DNA of 64,000 bases from Macrostomum lignano (taxonomy: Eukaryota). Of the stretch, positions 38,871 to 52,245 are shown piece after piece. Numbering within the stretch: the first letter of the stretch is position 1; each line of letters opens with the position of its first letter. The position numbers were made by a program, and so were the translations under genes. The notes below the pieces were generated by a model. It was not told where the DNA came from and did no database searches. It worked only from the letters and a program-made list of their open reading frames with translations. The stretch is from contig NIVC01002592.1 of NCBI GenBank assembly GCA_002269645.1, positions 1 to 64,000 on the forward strand, read 5' to 3'.

Positions 38871-41800
38871 AGAAAAATAAGAGGGAGTGTAACGATCCAT
38901 GAGTTATCACCACCACTAGTCATAATCAATGCACATAAGGAGAGAAGGGGTGTGACGAAAGTTTGACCAAAATAAATCTTTGTTCATTCAAGCTTGAATT
39001 GACAGCAACCCACCCACCTTTTGTATTCAGATATTCAACTCAAACAACAGAATGTGCAATCACAAAAACTAGATACTGCAATAGCTTCTTGACAAATGAC
39101 AACACCAAACTCAGCAGGGAGCAATTTCTCTGTAGGGTAAAAAATCTGTCTTCAAAATAGTATGAGTAGTATGCATGGCAATCAGTTGCCTAGACAACAG
39201 TCACCTGTTGCTATAGGCTCCACAATCGGTGACCCGCTGGTGCACCGAGATTTCTCACAGGGTAGTAGTACATGTATGTAAATGTACCCTGTAACATGTC
39301 TCCTAATACTAAAACTGACGCGATGTTTGTGTGTTGCAAGTGAACTCCTACAATATTGGCAAGTCAGCGTCGAAACTTATATGGGAAAACTACAAATTTT
39401 CCGGAGCAGGCTTTAGGCTATTTTAATTTAATCATCATTGCAGACTAAATAGATTGGCTTAGGTGGTCCTTTGCATATAGTCTTAAGGCTAGTTAGTTAC
39501 ATGATTGTAGCAGTAAACTATAGTTGACTTTATAAAGCAAAAATTGATCTGCTATTATAAATTGCTCTAGAACAATTTTTAATGTTGCTGAGATTATTAA
39601 ATTTATAATTCAAGGTATGTTTTCTACAGCAAAATATCACAAGTAAAACAAACTAAACTTAAACCAACAAAAAATTAATCACGCAACACACTTTGTAGAT
39701 AAATGATCCTAATGTGAAACAAAACAATTTACTTATTAAGAAGCTTTCAAATCATCTATAGCTGTCACATAACGTGTCTCCCCCTCTCTAAACAACTGTT
39801 CTCCCTAGTAAACTTGCATTTCGCTCTATATTATAGCCGCGTCTAGGGCATGCATTTAAAAATTGACAAAGTCCTCAGTAAGCATTTAATGCACGGATGA
39901 CATATTTTGAAGAGATTCATTTTGAAGAGACCAACTGTCCTTACAGCAGTTTAACAATGATAATGAAGAGGTTGTGAGTTGGGCAGCTCCCCACCCCACT
40001 CCACATACCCTGGCCCCACCCCCATTTCCTGGCAGACAAACAGTTTTAGAAAGAGAAAACTTTTTGTCTGCTCAGCAGACGAACTGTCAGCAGACAAAAT
40101 GACTGGCACCCAAAGAAAAGATTCTAAGTTCTTAAATCTTGTTTATTAACTGACTAACTAAGGAATTTAACTAATGTTTATGCAATTTAATAACTTTAAA
40201 ATAAGTCAATGCATTTGCATTTTGAAAAAAAAATTATGATTACACTTAAGTAATAGTACCTAAAAATGTTTTTGTGACTAGGTTTAATGCCTCAAAGGTT
40301 CCAAAGTTTTGTACCTTTACTTGAAATAACTTTTTAAATATATGTTATTGCAAAATTGACAATTGTAAAAATGAACAATATGTTATAAAATTTTATATTT
40401 TGGTTTTTAAATTTATTTTCCTATTTCAAAATTTTTGTTTCTTTTACATTTGTATTTGTTTTATGTTCTAGATTTTTTATATTTAAAAGCACATTTAGAA
40501 ATATTAAAAAAAAAATTTAAAACATTTTTTTAGAAAAGTGAAATATTTTTTGGATTTAGAATATTCAAACTAGCAATCTTCGCCTCCCATTGGGGGACAT
40601 CTATATAGAATCTCTGTTCTCTACAAGTAACAAAAAGATAGCAAAATAAAGCCTTCAAAGAAAACCGACAAAATACTCAAATGAAGTGCAATGCAAAAAG
40701 AAATCATCCCAAGACAGCAAGCATCCCTCGAATAGCAAGCATCCCCCAGATAGCAAGCATTCCCCAGATAGCAAGAATAAGCCAAATAAGCAAGGGACAA
40801 ATTGAAATGGTTTTCCTAAATTTTCCTATTGTTACATATTAAACATATCACTTTTTAAAGTGGGAAGGCAGCAATGATAGTTGCCCATTCCTTATTTTTA
40901 AAACATTCTGATATCTATCCACTAAAAGCAGGCAATCTTAGCAATTTAGTAACATTTTAGTAATTCTTGAGATATTCCTACAATATTCTATTTTATCTCT
41001 TTTAATCCCAGACTGCTATCATACTCTTAGCAGCCTATAGTTATCCCCTTTGCAGTCTAAAGCCTTTATTAACATTAAGAATTTATCCCTTTAACAGCCT
41101 AAAATTTTCTTCTTAGCAAACCACAATAATTCACTTAGTAACTCATTAATCCCTCATAAACCTGCATTTAATCTTCCATTATTACTATCCACTCAAAACT
41201 ATAGTTATCCTCCTTAAAAGTCTGTCATTATCCTCAAAATAGTCTATAGTTATCCCTCAGCAGTTGGTAGCTATGCATTCATAGGTATAGAGGAACTGCC
41301 TTAGCATTTTGCAGTTTGCCCCTTATTCAAGCCCCTTATTTGCCCCTTATTCATTCCCCCCAGTTTATTCAAACCTGGGACCTTATGCCTAGCCTAAACT
41401 ATTCCCAGTGCCTACAATAAGGCTATTCCACCTATTGATTTGAGGGCAAGAAAATTAGCCATATATGCTATGGCACAGCAATCAAGTATATAATAGTAAT
41501 AGATTACTTTTGCATACACAGGTTGTGTGTAGGCAGAAGCAATGCATAGTTGAATGAAATCTATAAATAGCAATTTTCTATGCAGTCTACTAGTCAGCCA
41601 AGGTCAGAATATACACATGCAGCTACTGAGTATTTTCTTTCCCTTGCACACTACAGCTAGTATTGAGGCCTACACAATGAAAAGGAAAAAGTTATATTGA
41701 AATCTTAATTGGAGTTGCAATTCAGTCAATCAAGTTTCTTACAATGCATTTTAAGTAAAAAAATGTTTGACCTTTGAAAAAAAGCATGTTTTTGAAATAT

Positions 41801-42651
41801 TTAAATATCTTCTTATTCAATTTTTTTTAATTTTATAAGAATTTCTATTTGAATAAAACAAGTTTGAAAAAATTGATTTAGTCATTCAGACAGTAGACTG
41901 AAATACCAGTTAGATAGATCTTAGAGATTTAGTATATTATGGACAAGCATTCAAGCAAGCATACAAACCTTAGAGATTTAGTATATTTAGATTATGGACA
42001 AGCATTCAAGCAAGCATACAAACCTTAGACATTTAGTATATTTAGATTTAGTATATTTAGATATCATTGTGACTTGCCAATTCCAACCCACTTGGGGTTT
42101 TCTATCCTCACTCCATCCCTTGGTTGTTCCACACAAAACAATTCTACAAGTCTGTCTATATCATGAAAATTTCTACCATAGCATTATATGATGTCTTTTT
42201 TATTCAGTCTGCCAATAAGTAAACATGTTACAATTGTAGCATTTTCTAAACAAATGTGTTTAAATTTATATTTTTATTGTATTATTCATTTTGCTGTTCC
42301 ATTATTATTAAGACTGATATCTAGCACACTACCCTTCAAGCATGCGCTACCTCTGATGTGACACCCCTCTGGTGTGCTACCCTCAGCCCCTCTGGCATGC
42401 CACCCTCAACCCCTCTAGTGTGCCATCCCTCAGCCCCTCCAGCGCGCATGCAGTCCTTATTTAAAACATGAGAAAAACAAATTGACCAAGCATCGTTAGC
42501 AAATTTTGTATTTTGTCATTTTCTCATACTAGGCACCCTAATCTGTCTCGTGGCAAAATTTTCATAAAAATAGAACACTCATAGAATTTCATAGAATTGT
42601 TTTATATGCCTAAAGTTTATGGAGTCTATCAAGGTAACATATATTCTGTAG

Positions 42652-44671
42652 TCTTCCAAAATAGCCCCCATTTGTCATCTACGCATTATAAAGCAGCTAA
42701 AAGTGAGCACAGTCAAATAAAAGCTGGTTTTCCCATTGTTTCACCAGGTGCGTCAATTCAGCCAGTATGCCACTGCAAGTGTGTCGCCATCAATCGCAAA
42801 AGTGCCCGAGGCCCGTATTAGCCAACTGGAGAATGGAATGCGCGTCGCATCTGAGAACTGGGGCACGCCAACATGTACTGTAGGCGTATGGGTTGACGCT
42901 GGCAGTAGATTTGAGACGGACTACACCAATGGAGCTGCGCACTTCCTAGAGCACATGGCATTCAAAGGCACGCGCAGTAGATCCCAGCAAGATATCGAGC
43001 TGGACGTTGAAAACCGCGGTGCACATCTCAATGCATACACTTCACGCGAAATGACAGTTTACTATGCGAAGTGCTTTAGCCGAGATCTACCTTGGGCTGT
43101 GGCTATTCTGGCTGATATATTGCGTAATTCTACATTTGAGGAGGCCCAAATCGAGCGCGAGCGAGGTGTCATTTTGAGGGAGATGCAAGAAGTCGAAACT
43201 AATCTGCAGGAAGTGGTATTTGACTATCTTCACGCTGTGGCATACCAGGTGTGTCCTTTTTCCAGATTGTGCGGTTGTTTCATATTATAACCAGTTTTTA
43301 AAAGAATGTGGTAATGCATCTGATATGCCTTTTCAAAAAAATTATGCAAGCGGAAGTCTACTTAGTCGAGATCAACCATATTGCTGTGTCACTATAGGAC
43401 TGAAAAATCACAGCTGAACTCTCACTAATCTTGCTGCTTCTCATAGCTCTTGAGATGAGATTATTGAGATCTCAATAATCTTGCTACTTGCAATTTCATC
43501 GAAACTATTAAAGTGATTGTCATAAGCATCTTAGAATTTTACCTATGTGATAACTAAATAGCAGTGGTTAAAACTATTCTCTAACCCATGCATCCCACAG
43601 AGTACCCCTCTATCGCGCACTATCCTCGGCCCGGTAGAAAATGTAAAATCTCTTCGTCGGCAAGATCTTCAGCAATATGTTGCCGACCACTACAGACCCC
43701 AGCGCATGGTGGTGGCCGCGGCTGGGGCCATCGACCATACGGAACTTAATGACCTGTGCCGGCGCCACTTTGGCAGTATGCCAGCTGTAGAGGCTTCACC
43801 AGGAGCAGTGGACCAGACGCCAGTTCGCTTCAGCGGCTCTAGCATTCTTGATCCTGATGATCAGCTGCCATTCGCTCACGTTGCATTAGCTGTTGAAGGT
43901 CCCGGTTGGAGTAGTGCCGATACGGTGCCGCTGATGCTGGCCTCAGCCTACATTGGCTCATGGGATCGAGCGCAGGGTGGAGGCAGCGGCAGCGGTGGCT
44001 CCGCCGCTGCCAGGCTTGCAAAGCGAGCACGGGATACGTATGGCGGCGGTGTTCTCTCCTACCAGAGCTTTTTCACCTGCTATACCGACACCTCACTTTG
44101 GGGTATGCACGCTGTGGCCAATAAAGAATCAGTTGGTCGATTTCTAGCTGATTTTCAGGTAATTTGCACTGATTTCTGTCTAGTTTTTTCTGCTTTTTAA
44201 TTTTATATAATATATGTAAGTGATTCCTCTAAATGTAAGTTAAGAGTATTGTAAAACGAATTAGCATTTAGGAGGTTAATGCAGTTGGGAATCTAGTGGC
44301 TATTGCATTTGTGCGACTATCTAATAAAGCACCATTTTTAAATAAAGGCTGACTGGCGCCGACTGGCCAGAGGCATCGAGCCTGCCGACCTGGCTTGTAC
44401 TCGTGACGCACTGCTGACCAGCCTGTACCTGCAGCTGGACGGCACCACGCCAGCCTGCGAAGAGCTCGGACGGCACGTTCTCTGCTATGGCCGGCGTGTG
44501 CCGCTGGCCGAGCTGGAGGAGCGCATCATGCGTGTCACTCCGGAGTCGCTTGCTGAAGTGGTGGGCCAGTACGTGTATGATCGCTGCCCGGCCCTGGCCG
44601 CTGTTGGACCGACTGGTGATTTGCCAGACTATGCGGTCATCAGACGGGGTATGTTTTCCGGTGACAAATAA
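42652..44671 (+). CDS. PMPCB: Mitochondrial processing peptidase beta subunit (M16 family); exons 42748-43248, 43601-44158, 44348-44671 plus probable presequence exon 42652-42702
   Basis: [15 protein letters not shown], intact HFLEH zinc motif, [50 protein letters not shown]. Phase-0 GT-AG introns. Start codon unresolved. Confidence 0.93.
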
Positions 44672-44948
44672 CCTCAGTTGACTGTATTACCGCTAGCATA
44701 TCCAGTGTCAGCTATGTATTGTGTATAATATAAGCAAATGTTTCGCTTGCGCCCACGAAAACAGCCTCACTGTACGAAGGCTCTTGAAATTTTAGGAAAG
44801 AACGCTATTTTAGTTTTCTTTGGCATGATGTCCGCGTAAACTATCTATGTGTGTGCATTGTTAATAAAACAATTTAAAATTGTGGCATTGAAAATTAAGG
44901 ACAAAAGGCAAATTAAGAGATTTTAAAGATTAACAGCTAATCAAAATA

Positions 44949-46141
44949 CGAGGGGTGTCCAGAAAGTTCTTTTAATCTGACAGTAATAGCTGCAAGCACA
45001 AATTTGGTGTCATATTAAAGCGGCACATCTCTTCTTTCCGATGATTTCAGTCGCGTGTATTTTGGTCATTTCATTCAAAATTTATGTATGAAAAACCATT
45101 GCAATGTTACTGATAGTCTTACAGTAAAAGTTTAAAAAAACCCGTCACGCGGCGGAGGGTTGCTTTCACAAACTTCACAAGCTCGAAATTTCATATCCTC
45201 GAAAACCATTTTAGCAGCCGACTTCACAAGCTCGAAATTTCATATCCTCGAAAACCATTTTAGCAGCCGACTTCACAAGCTCGAAATTTCACAACCTCGA
45301 AAATGTACTGTCTATCTTAGTGTCTTAGTGTCTGTCTGTCTGTTTGTCTGTCTGAGCTTAACCCACAGTTTCGAGAATATGAAATTTCGAGCTTGTGAAG
45401 TCGGCTGCTAGAATGGTTTTCGAGGTTTTGAAATTTCGAGCTTGTGAAGTCGGCTGCTAGAATGGTTTTCGAGGTTTTGAAATTTCGAGCTTGTGAAGTC
45501 GCTTGCTAAAATTTTCGAGGATATGAAATTTCGAGCTTATGAAGTTTCGGGTTTGTGAATGAAAGGAAGTGCTTTTCGAGGTTGTGAAATTTCGAGCTTG
45601 TGAAGCGACCCCGCGGCGGAGGGGGGGCGGAGGAGAGGTGGGCGAAGGGAGAGGGGTGGGGTTAACACACTCTACACTGAGGCCCACGGAGCAGGTCCAG
45701 TGTAAAGTAGACATCATTTATCATCATCATCAACGTTTAAGGCAGCCTTCTCAACATAGTCTCAACCTGTAGCAACACACTTTTCCCAGCACTCAAACAT
45801 TCCGTGCCTTCGGCCTTCTTTCGATTGCACACTTATGATGCTGTTTATAATCACAAAAATAAAAAAACACTTGACTAATCAAAATTTCGCAAGGTTTGCG
45901 ACTAAGTTATGTACTTCACCATGCATTAGTCTCTACTGTACTGAGTGTCTATTGTAAGACAATTAGTGGTATTGCAATTGGTTTTTTATACATAAATTTT
46001 TAATGAAATGACCAAAATAAATTCGACTGAATTCATTGCAAGGAAGATATGTCCCGCTTTAAAATGACACTAAAGCTGTGCTTGCAGCTGCTACTGTTTT
46101 CGCTCTGGGATTAAGTGTTAGAACTTTCCGGACACCCCTCG
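44949..46141. mobile_element. Non-autonomous Tc1/mariner-type element, TA TSD, ~170-bp imperfect TIRs
   Basis: TA|CGAGGGGTGTCCAGAAAGTTCT ... AGAACTTTCCGGACACCCCTCG|TA (one mismatch in 22 bp); arms remain alignable further in. Confidence 0.88.
45157..45611. mobile_element. Foldback MULE-like MITE with 49-bp subrepeats in both arms, 9-bp TSD CGCGGCGGA
   Basis: TSD at 45148-45156 and 45612-45620; termini GGGTTGC...GCGACCC; CACAAGCTCGAAATTTC repeated in the left arm and inverted in the right. Confidence 0.88.
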
Positions 46142-48067
46142 TACAAAGAGTTTGCTGATTTGAAATGTTTCACATGCATGTATCGCATGTGATTGCTGTT
46201 GCTTAGCGAAACGCGTTTGCACAGGGAGAATGAATAGACTAATGTTCATGCTCAACAATAACTTCGATGTGCATCGCTTGAACGTATCAACTTGTCATCG
46301 CTAAGATCCTTAAACTGAAATACAGCGTCAAGTTTTCATGATTTCTGCTAAATTTTCCAACTATTTCGATCTTTTGATTGTTCCTTGGATTTCAGTTTAT
46401 TTTGTTACTTTGCTTGTGGAAGAGGTTGCCTCGAAAAGGAAGTTCTAAAACTTTGTCGAAGAAATATTAAGTTTAAGTTCAAAGTTCAATAATGCATTAA
46501 GTAGGCCAAGTGCAGTACAAGACCTTGCTTGATACTGTAGTTATAATAGGACGTAAAACTCAAAGGTGTAATGTTAATAATGAGAGGCCAATTTCGTTAA
46601 TAAAATGGACTGCGGAGATAGGAAAAAATATTTCTTTCATAAAAAAATCAATGATTGCATTGGATCTGGGACGGTGACGATTTTCTTTTTATTTACCATG
46701 CACAACATATTACTCTGTCATAATTTTATATACGATTAGTTGTGCAGTGAGTTTCATGTTCGTATTGTTTTTAATTTTATTTCATAAGCCCAAGCCAAAG
46801 TTGTAAATACTTACAAGTGAAATTTTTGTTCTTTTCCTACTAAAATTGTTCCATGCAGGTACTCTTAAACCATTATGGTAGGTAAGATTGAATTTAAATG
46901 CATATTAGTAGCTATTCCTAGACCTGTCTAAATAATTAAATGTATTTAAAAGTTTACCAATATCATTTTTCATATTGTTGACCCAGTCTTCAGAAAGATA
47001 CCAATTTTAAGCCAAGGCCTTGCTTGAGACTAAGAGTACCAGCATGCAAGTTTTATTACAAATATACTTGATTTAAAAAATAATTCACTTGTAAGTATTT
47101 ACAACTTTTGCTTGTGCTTATGAAATAAAAGTAAAGCAATATAAAAACGAACTTCCTTTCACTGCCCAACTATATCAAATACAATAGAGTAACATGTGCA
47201 TGTTAAATAGTAATTTTCACTGCCCCAGATCAAATGCATTCATTGATTTTGATGAAAAAAGATTTTTTTCTGTCTCCGCAGTGTATTTTTTCCAAGAAAT
47301 TCACAATGAGTTTTGCGTCCAGTTACAGCTACGAAGTACTACAGTGGTCCTTGGCATGTTGTCCCACTCGACCGCGCACTTGTGCCATGTCTTGCTGCGG
47401 TAAGAAAAATTATCTGCCCGGTTATCTTTTGCGTTGCAGCGAAAGCATCCATTTTGGAGTCTGTGCCTTTTCAGGTAACTCCTTGAGGCTGCTTCCAGTG
47501 CTCCCAAACTGCAGATCCAATAAGACACTGTTGCAATAGGTTATTCCTAGGAGGCCGACGAAAAATCAGTTTCGTCGCTTGTATTGCCTCTTGAAGAAAC
47601 GCGCCGCAGAAATGTGGCAGCTACGAGCGTACATGTACATATAGTGTTGTAACTTCCGTGGATTTGCAAGAAAGCCACATATTCACCTTTGTGATACTAA
47701 TCTCTCGACAACTTTAGGCGTGAGAATTGAAATGTTCCCTCAACGATCTTTTTTACTTTGGTCATCGTACATGTAGATTGTCTAGATGTAGGACACATCC
47801 TTAAGTTTGTTTGGCGATAGGATGTTCTGAAGATCAAGCTGCTAGCAATCGTTTCGATGATTCACTCTCTTCTGCGCCTTGTCAGAACTTTAGAAACAAC
47901 GAAGAACAGTTGAGGCACTCTTCAATTTGTAGGCCTCCCGTAAGTAATTCCGATTGGAACTCTATCTTACTCGTCGCCATTGTAACGTTTTCTACTTCTA
48001 CGAGTATAAAGACTCCAGTTGAAGTAAACTCGTTATTGAAGAAACGGAAGCATTTCGTAAAAATATA

Positions 48068-49088
48068 CCTTTCTGCAATCTAGTTAGCCAAAACTGCACG
48101 ATCAATTTGGCCAGGGATAGGAAATCCTTCGCTTTCGCGAGTTGGCTCACCCAGTTGAGCTGAGCTAAAAGCCATAGACAGTGTAAACTGCAACCAATTT
48201 GGCCTAAACTGCGATCAAGTTGGCCCAGCCAGATCGATCGCATTCGCTAGTCGACGCCTTTCAAGTTAAACTTAGAGCCATAGATAACTTCGTTTGTGTC
48301 CGGCTGTACTGCTCTTATTGCACTCTATTTCTCTAAGCAGCAACCTTAATTCGGCCTTTAATCGGTGATCACATCTACATGTACCATAGCTGAAATCGGA
48401 AATCGCAGACTATGGCTCAGAGAAGCCCATGCATGAAAATCTCGACTCTGGATCGCCAGAGGTTGGTGAGCGCCTTTGAAAATGGAAAAGACTGGCGAAT
48501 TCTCGGCCGGCTCTTGGGAATCGCACGGAAAACAGTTACAAACACTATTTTGAGACTTTCGCAGCAGCTGGCGCATCGGCACTCTGCCTCGAGGTGTCAG
48601 GCGTTCGTCCCTTAGCAAAGCCATGATCGACAGCATCTGCACCTTAGTCGGCAACATTCCAACAGCCACGCTAGAGCAGATGAAAGGTCACCTCGCGCAA
48701 GAATTCCCTGCTGCCCAAAATGTGAACCTGACAACCATCAGCCGAGCTCTAAATAGCAGATTTATCACTATTAAACTGCTCCAAGGTGCCACAGAACTGG
48801 AACAACGAAATTACGGAGGCAACGAAAATGCATGTAGAGTGGCTGCTTGGTGACGGAAGCCTAAGCCATCTACAGTACATGGACGAATTTGGCATCAATC
48901 TTTGGACAGCAGAACATGTCGCTTCTTTCTTATTCTACCCACATACAATAAAATTGCGTTGGCCAACTTAATCGCAGTTTAGGCCAAATTGGTCGCAGTA
49001 TTTCTATGGCTTTCAGCTCAGCTGGGTAAGCGGAAGGATTTCCTATCCCTGGCCAAATTGATCGCAGTTTTGGCAGATTGCTAAAAGG
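48068..49088 (+). mobile_element. Tc1/IS630-like element, deletion derivative with TA TSD and long imperfect TIRs
   Basis: TA|CCTTTCTGCAATCT...GGCCAGGGATAGGAAATCCTTC versus GAAGGATTTCCTATCCCTGGCC...AGATTGCTAAAAGG|TA. Confidence 0.8.
48412..48912 (+). pseudogene. Frameshifted, truncated IS630/Tc1-type transposase
   Basis: HTH-like DRQRLVSAFENGKDWRILGRLLGIARKTV; TLEQMK...TTISRAL...ITIK; first catalytic motif YMDEFGINLWT, then truncation. Confidence 0.75.
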
Positions 49089-49101
49089 TATAATACCCGA
49101 C

Positions 49102-50817
49102 GGGATAGCGACGTTTGCCAGCCGACGTTTGCCTGCGGGACGTTTGCCAGCCGACATTTGCCAGCCGACGTTTGCCAGCCGACGTTTGCCAGTGGGACGT
49201 TTGCCAGCCGAAGTTTGCCTGCCGGACGTTTGCCAGCCGACGTTTGCCTGCGGGACGTTTGCCAGCCGACATTTGCCAGCCGACGTTTGCCAGCCGACGT
49301 TTGCCAGCGGGACGTTTGCCAGCCGAAGTTTGCCTGCCGGACGTTTGCCTGCGGGACGTTTTCCAGCCGACGTTTGCCTGCCGGAAGTTTGCCAGATAAA
49401 ATTTGCTAGCCAATATAAAGCGAGTCAGTGAAAAATTTGATACTGAAATATTCGCAGTTTAGCGGTTTGACAAAAACCGTTTTTACTCCAACTTTTTGAC
49501 GGTTATTCGCATATATACAAGTTTGCAAGCAAAATATATAAATTTTGCAGTTCACCAGTCTAACGTCCAATATCTAGTTTAACAACGATTTTGGCACAAC
49601 ATATCAAAAGATGAACATTGGGTTTGCCTCGTATGAAAGCAATAACAATTGTTGTGCGGAAAAGATGAAAACTTCCTATCTCCCTATGGCCTTCAAAACA
49701 TTTTTCATAGATTTCGAGTGCTGCGTACTTCTACTTTAGTAGTCCTTGGCATGACTAAGCTTTGCATACGTAGTGTCTAGCGCTTGCTATTCTACTAGCT
49801 TGCTACTGGCGGCTTGTCTGGCTATTCAGCTATATAGCTTACTATAAAAACGTACCGCATTCGACTCGTCTACACTACACATGTACGTTGAGATCGCGGT
49901 TTCCTTGCTTACTTGAGTAGTAATACAACAGCATTGGAATCAATTTGCTTACTTTTAGATCTCCCAATGAACTGAGAAATATATGAGCCAGAATTACCGC
50001 TCAGCAGCTCTTTTTGTTTGCCTCATAACTTAATCGCTGGAGATTCCCGTTGTAATCTGCGCGTCTTCTTTCGCACATCAAAAATCAAACACCTCAAACT
50101 GGGAAAAACGATACACAATTGTCAAAAGTAAACAATATTTTCACATTCAAAGAAAATCGTTGTTAAACTGGATATTAGATGTAAATCTATATAAATTGCA
50201 TAATTTATATAGATTTTGCATAAATTTCATAATTTATATATTTTGCTTTCAAACTTGTATATATGCAAATAACCGTCAAAAAGTTGGAGTAAAAACGGTT
50301 TTTGTCAAACCGCTAAACTGCGAATGTTTCAGTATCAAATTTTTCACTGACTGGCTTTATATTGGCTAGCAAATTTTGGCTGGCAAACTTCCGGCAGGCA
50401 AACGTCGGCTGGCAAACGTCGGCTGGCAAACGTCCGGCAGGCAAACGTCAGCTGGCAAATGTCGGCTGGCAAACGTCCCGCTGGCAAACGTCGGCTGGCA
50501 AACGTCGGCTGGCAAACGTCGGCTGGCAAACGTCGGCTGGCAAACGTCCCGCAGGCAAACGTCCGGCAGGCAAACTTCGGCTGGCAAACGTCCCGCTGGC
50601 AAACGTCGGCTGGCAAACGTCGGCTGGCAAATGTCGGCTGGCAAACGTCCCGCAGGCAAACGTCGGCTGGCAAACGTCCCGCAGGCAAACGTCGGCTGGC
50701 AAACGTCCCGCAGGCAAACGTCGGCTGGCAAACGTCCCGCAGGCAAACGTCGGCTGGCAAACGTCCCGCAGGCAAACGTCGGCTGGCAAACGTCCCGCAG
50801 GCAAACGTCGTAGACCC
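49102..50817. mobile_element. Foldback MULE-like element (1716 bp): arms ~49102-49592 and ~50153-50817 with ~14-bp tandem arrays; 9-bp TSD ATACCCGAC
   Basis: TSD at 49093-49101 and 50818-50826; termini GGGATAGCGACG and CGTCGTAGACCC; unit TTTGCCAGCCGACG; the unique inner arm sequences are near-perfect inverted copies; no ORF in the loop. Confidence 0.93.
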
Positions 50818-52245
50818 ATACCCGACTATGCGACTTGCTTTCTGACTACAAGTTGCAGGCAGCTCTTTAAAGCTGACACAAAGTAAAGTCAACCATAGAA
50901 GTATATGCGCTTCTGGACCTTCGACAGGTCAATTTATGGAATTATGTGCGCTAAACATAAAGGAAGCTCATCTGGTGAACTTGAAGCAGCCAGATTTCAT
51001 GTCCTTAATTTTCCCGCCTTGCAAGTTTTCAGTTCCTTCCTTATAGAAACAATTGGAATTTGAAGGTTTTCGTGTCTTGCACTTATGGGAGTTTTATTTA
51101 CTCATCAACCATCTTGCATAAATTTGATGGTAGAATATATTTTATTCATAGGTTGATAGTACGTTTATTACACACAAAGTCGATAAGCTTGAATTTTTTG
51201 CTTTTTTGTTTTGACAAACTTTGAGGAAAAACAAAATTGCTGAAATACCAGTACATCTTATTTTTAACAGACAAATTCTGTACACATAGTCTGTTGTATA
51301 AAGTGCAATAATTTAGGTACTTGTAGAGCCAGCACTTGCAGCCTCGTTTTGACGCACTAGTTCTCTGGAAAAGCAAGTGCAGCAAATCCTAAGGATGAAA
51401 TAATAAAAACTAAATACAGAATTTATCAAGCCAAAAAGAGCTTCATATTTACCTTGCTATCCGCGCTTTTTCGGCAGTTCTTTCGAGTTCTGAAATAATT
51501 AGAGAAAAGGAATCTTAATCATTTAAGCGCTTCAGGTTCGTTCACAGCCATCAAAAAGACAATTATTTTGGTGATCACAGTTTGTACATAATTTTGTGTC
51601 GTTTTGAATATAAACCAGCTGTCAGTGTAACTTGATAGCTCAATTAATGGCGATGTGAACGAGCCTTTATAAAAACTCTCATATAGAAATGCTTCCGCTT
51701 TTTTCTTCAATTAGCTCGTAACCAGCTCATATATCTAACAAAGGAGAAATTGATAGTTTCTATAAATTTTTATAAATATTTTTCCCACTACTGAGAAAAT
51801 TTCCAACATAAGTAGGTTGCGCGAATTTTAATTCTTTTTGTAGCAAGAATCATTATCGAACTGAACATTCTGTGGTTCAAAACGGACAAAAATGAGATAA
51901 AAGTAAAGCCATTGCTATTGTGAGCTCTCAGACGACAGACGTGAAGCAAAAAGTTGTAGAATAGATTTCCAGGCTATTTCTAGAATGAAATTATGACCTG
52001 CTCGGCAATTATGCAGCTTTGTAAGTTTTTTGCTGGGAATTGATTTAACAATGCATCTAATCAGGTACTAAGTAAGCTGATGCCCACCTTTATCTTCTCT
52101 CTGCCGCCTACCTCTGAATGCAGGGTGAGAATTGCAAGATGCGATACAGGAGCATGCTTATACGAGGGGTGCTTTTCACAAGACCGAAATTTCACAACGC
52201 CTAGCTAAAATTCACTGTAAGATCACTGTAAGATTCACATGACAT

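Larger units (their letters stand above)
34589..40111 (+). mobile_element. Mutator (MULE) DNA transposon, ~5.5 kb, ~190-bp diverged TIRs, 8-9-bp TSD AAAGAAAA(G)
   Basis: 34589-34790 aligns by eye with the reverse complement of ~39930-40111 (GGGTGCCAGTCATTTTGTCTGC...); AAAGAAAAG at 34581-34589 and 40112-40120; transposase inside. Confidence 0.8.

Noticed and set aside
48068-49088. Possible Fanzor/TnpB cargo in the IS630/Tc1-like element
   Set aside because: No RuvC-like or zinc-finger ORF present; only a truncated transposase.
49078-50892. Repeat-protein ORFs (RRLPAGRL.../CLPKFAC..., also 54328-55727)
   Set aside because: Open in many frames on both strands because the short array units lack stops; they lie in TIR arms.
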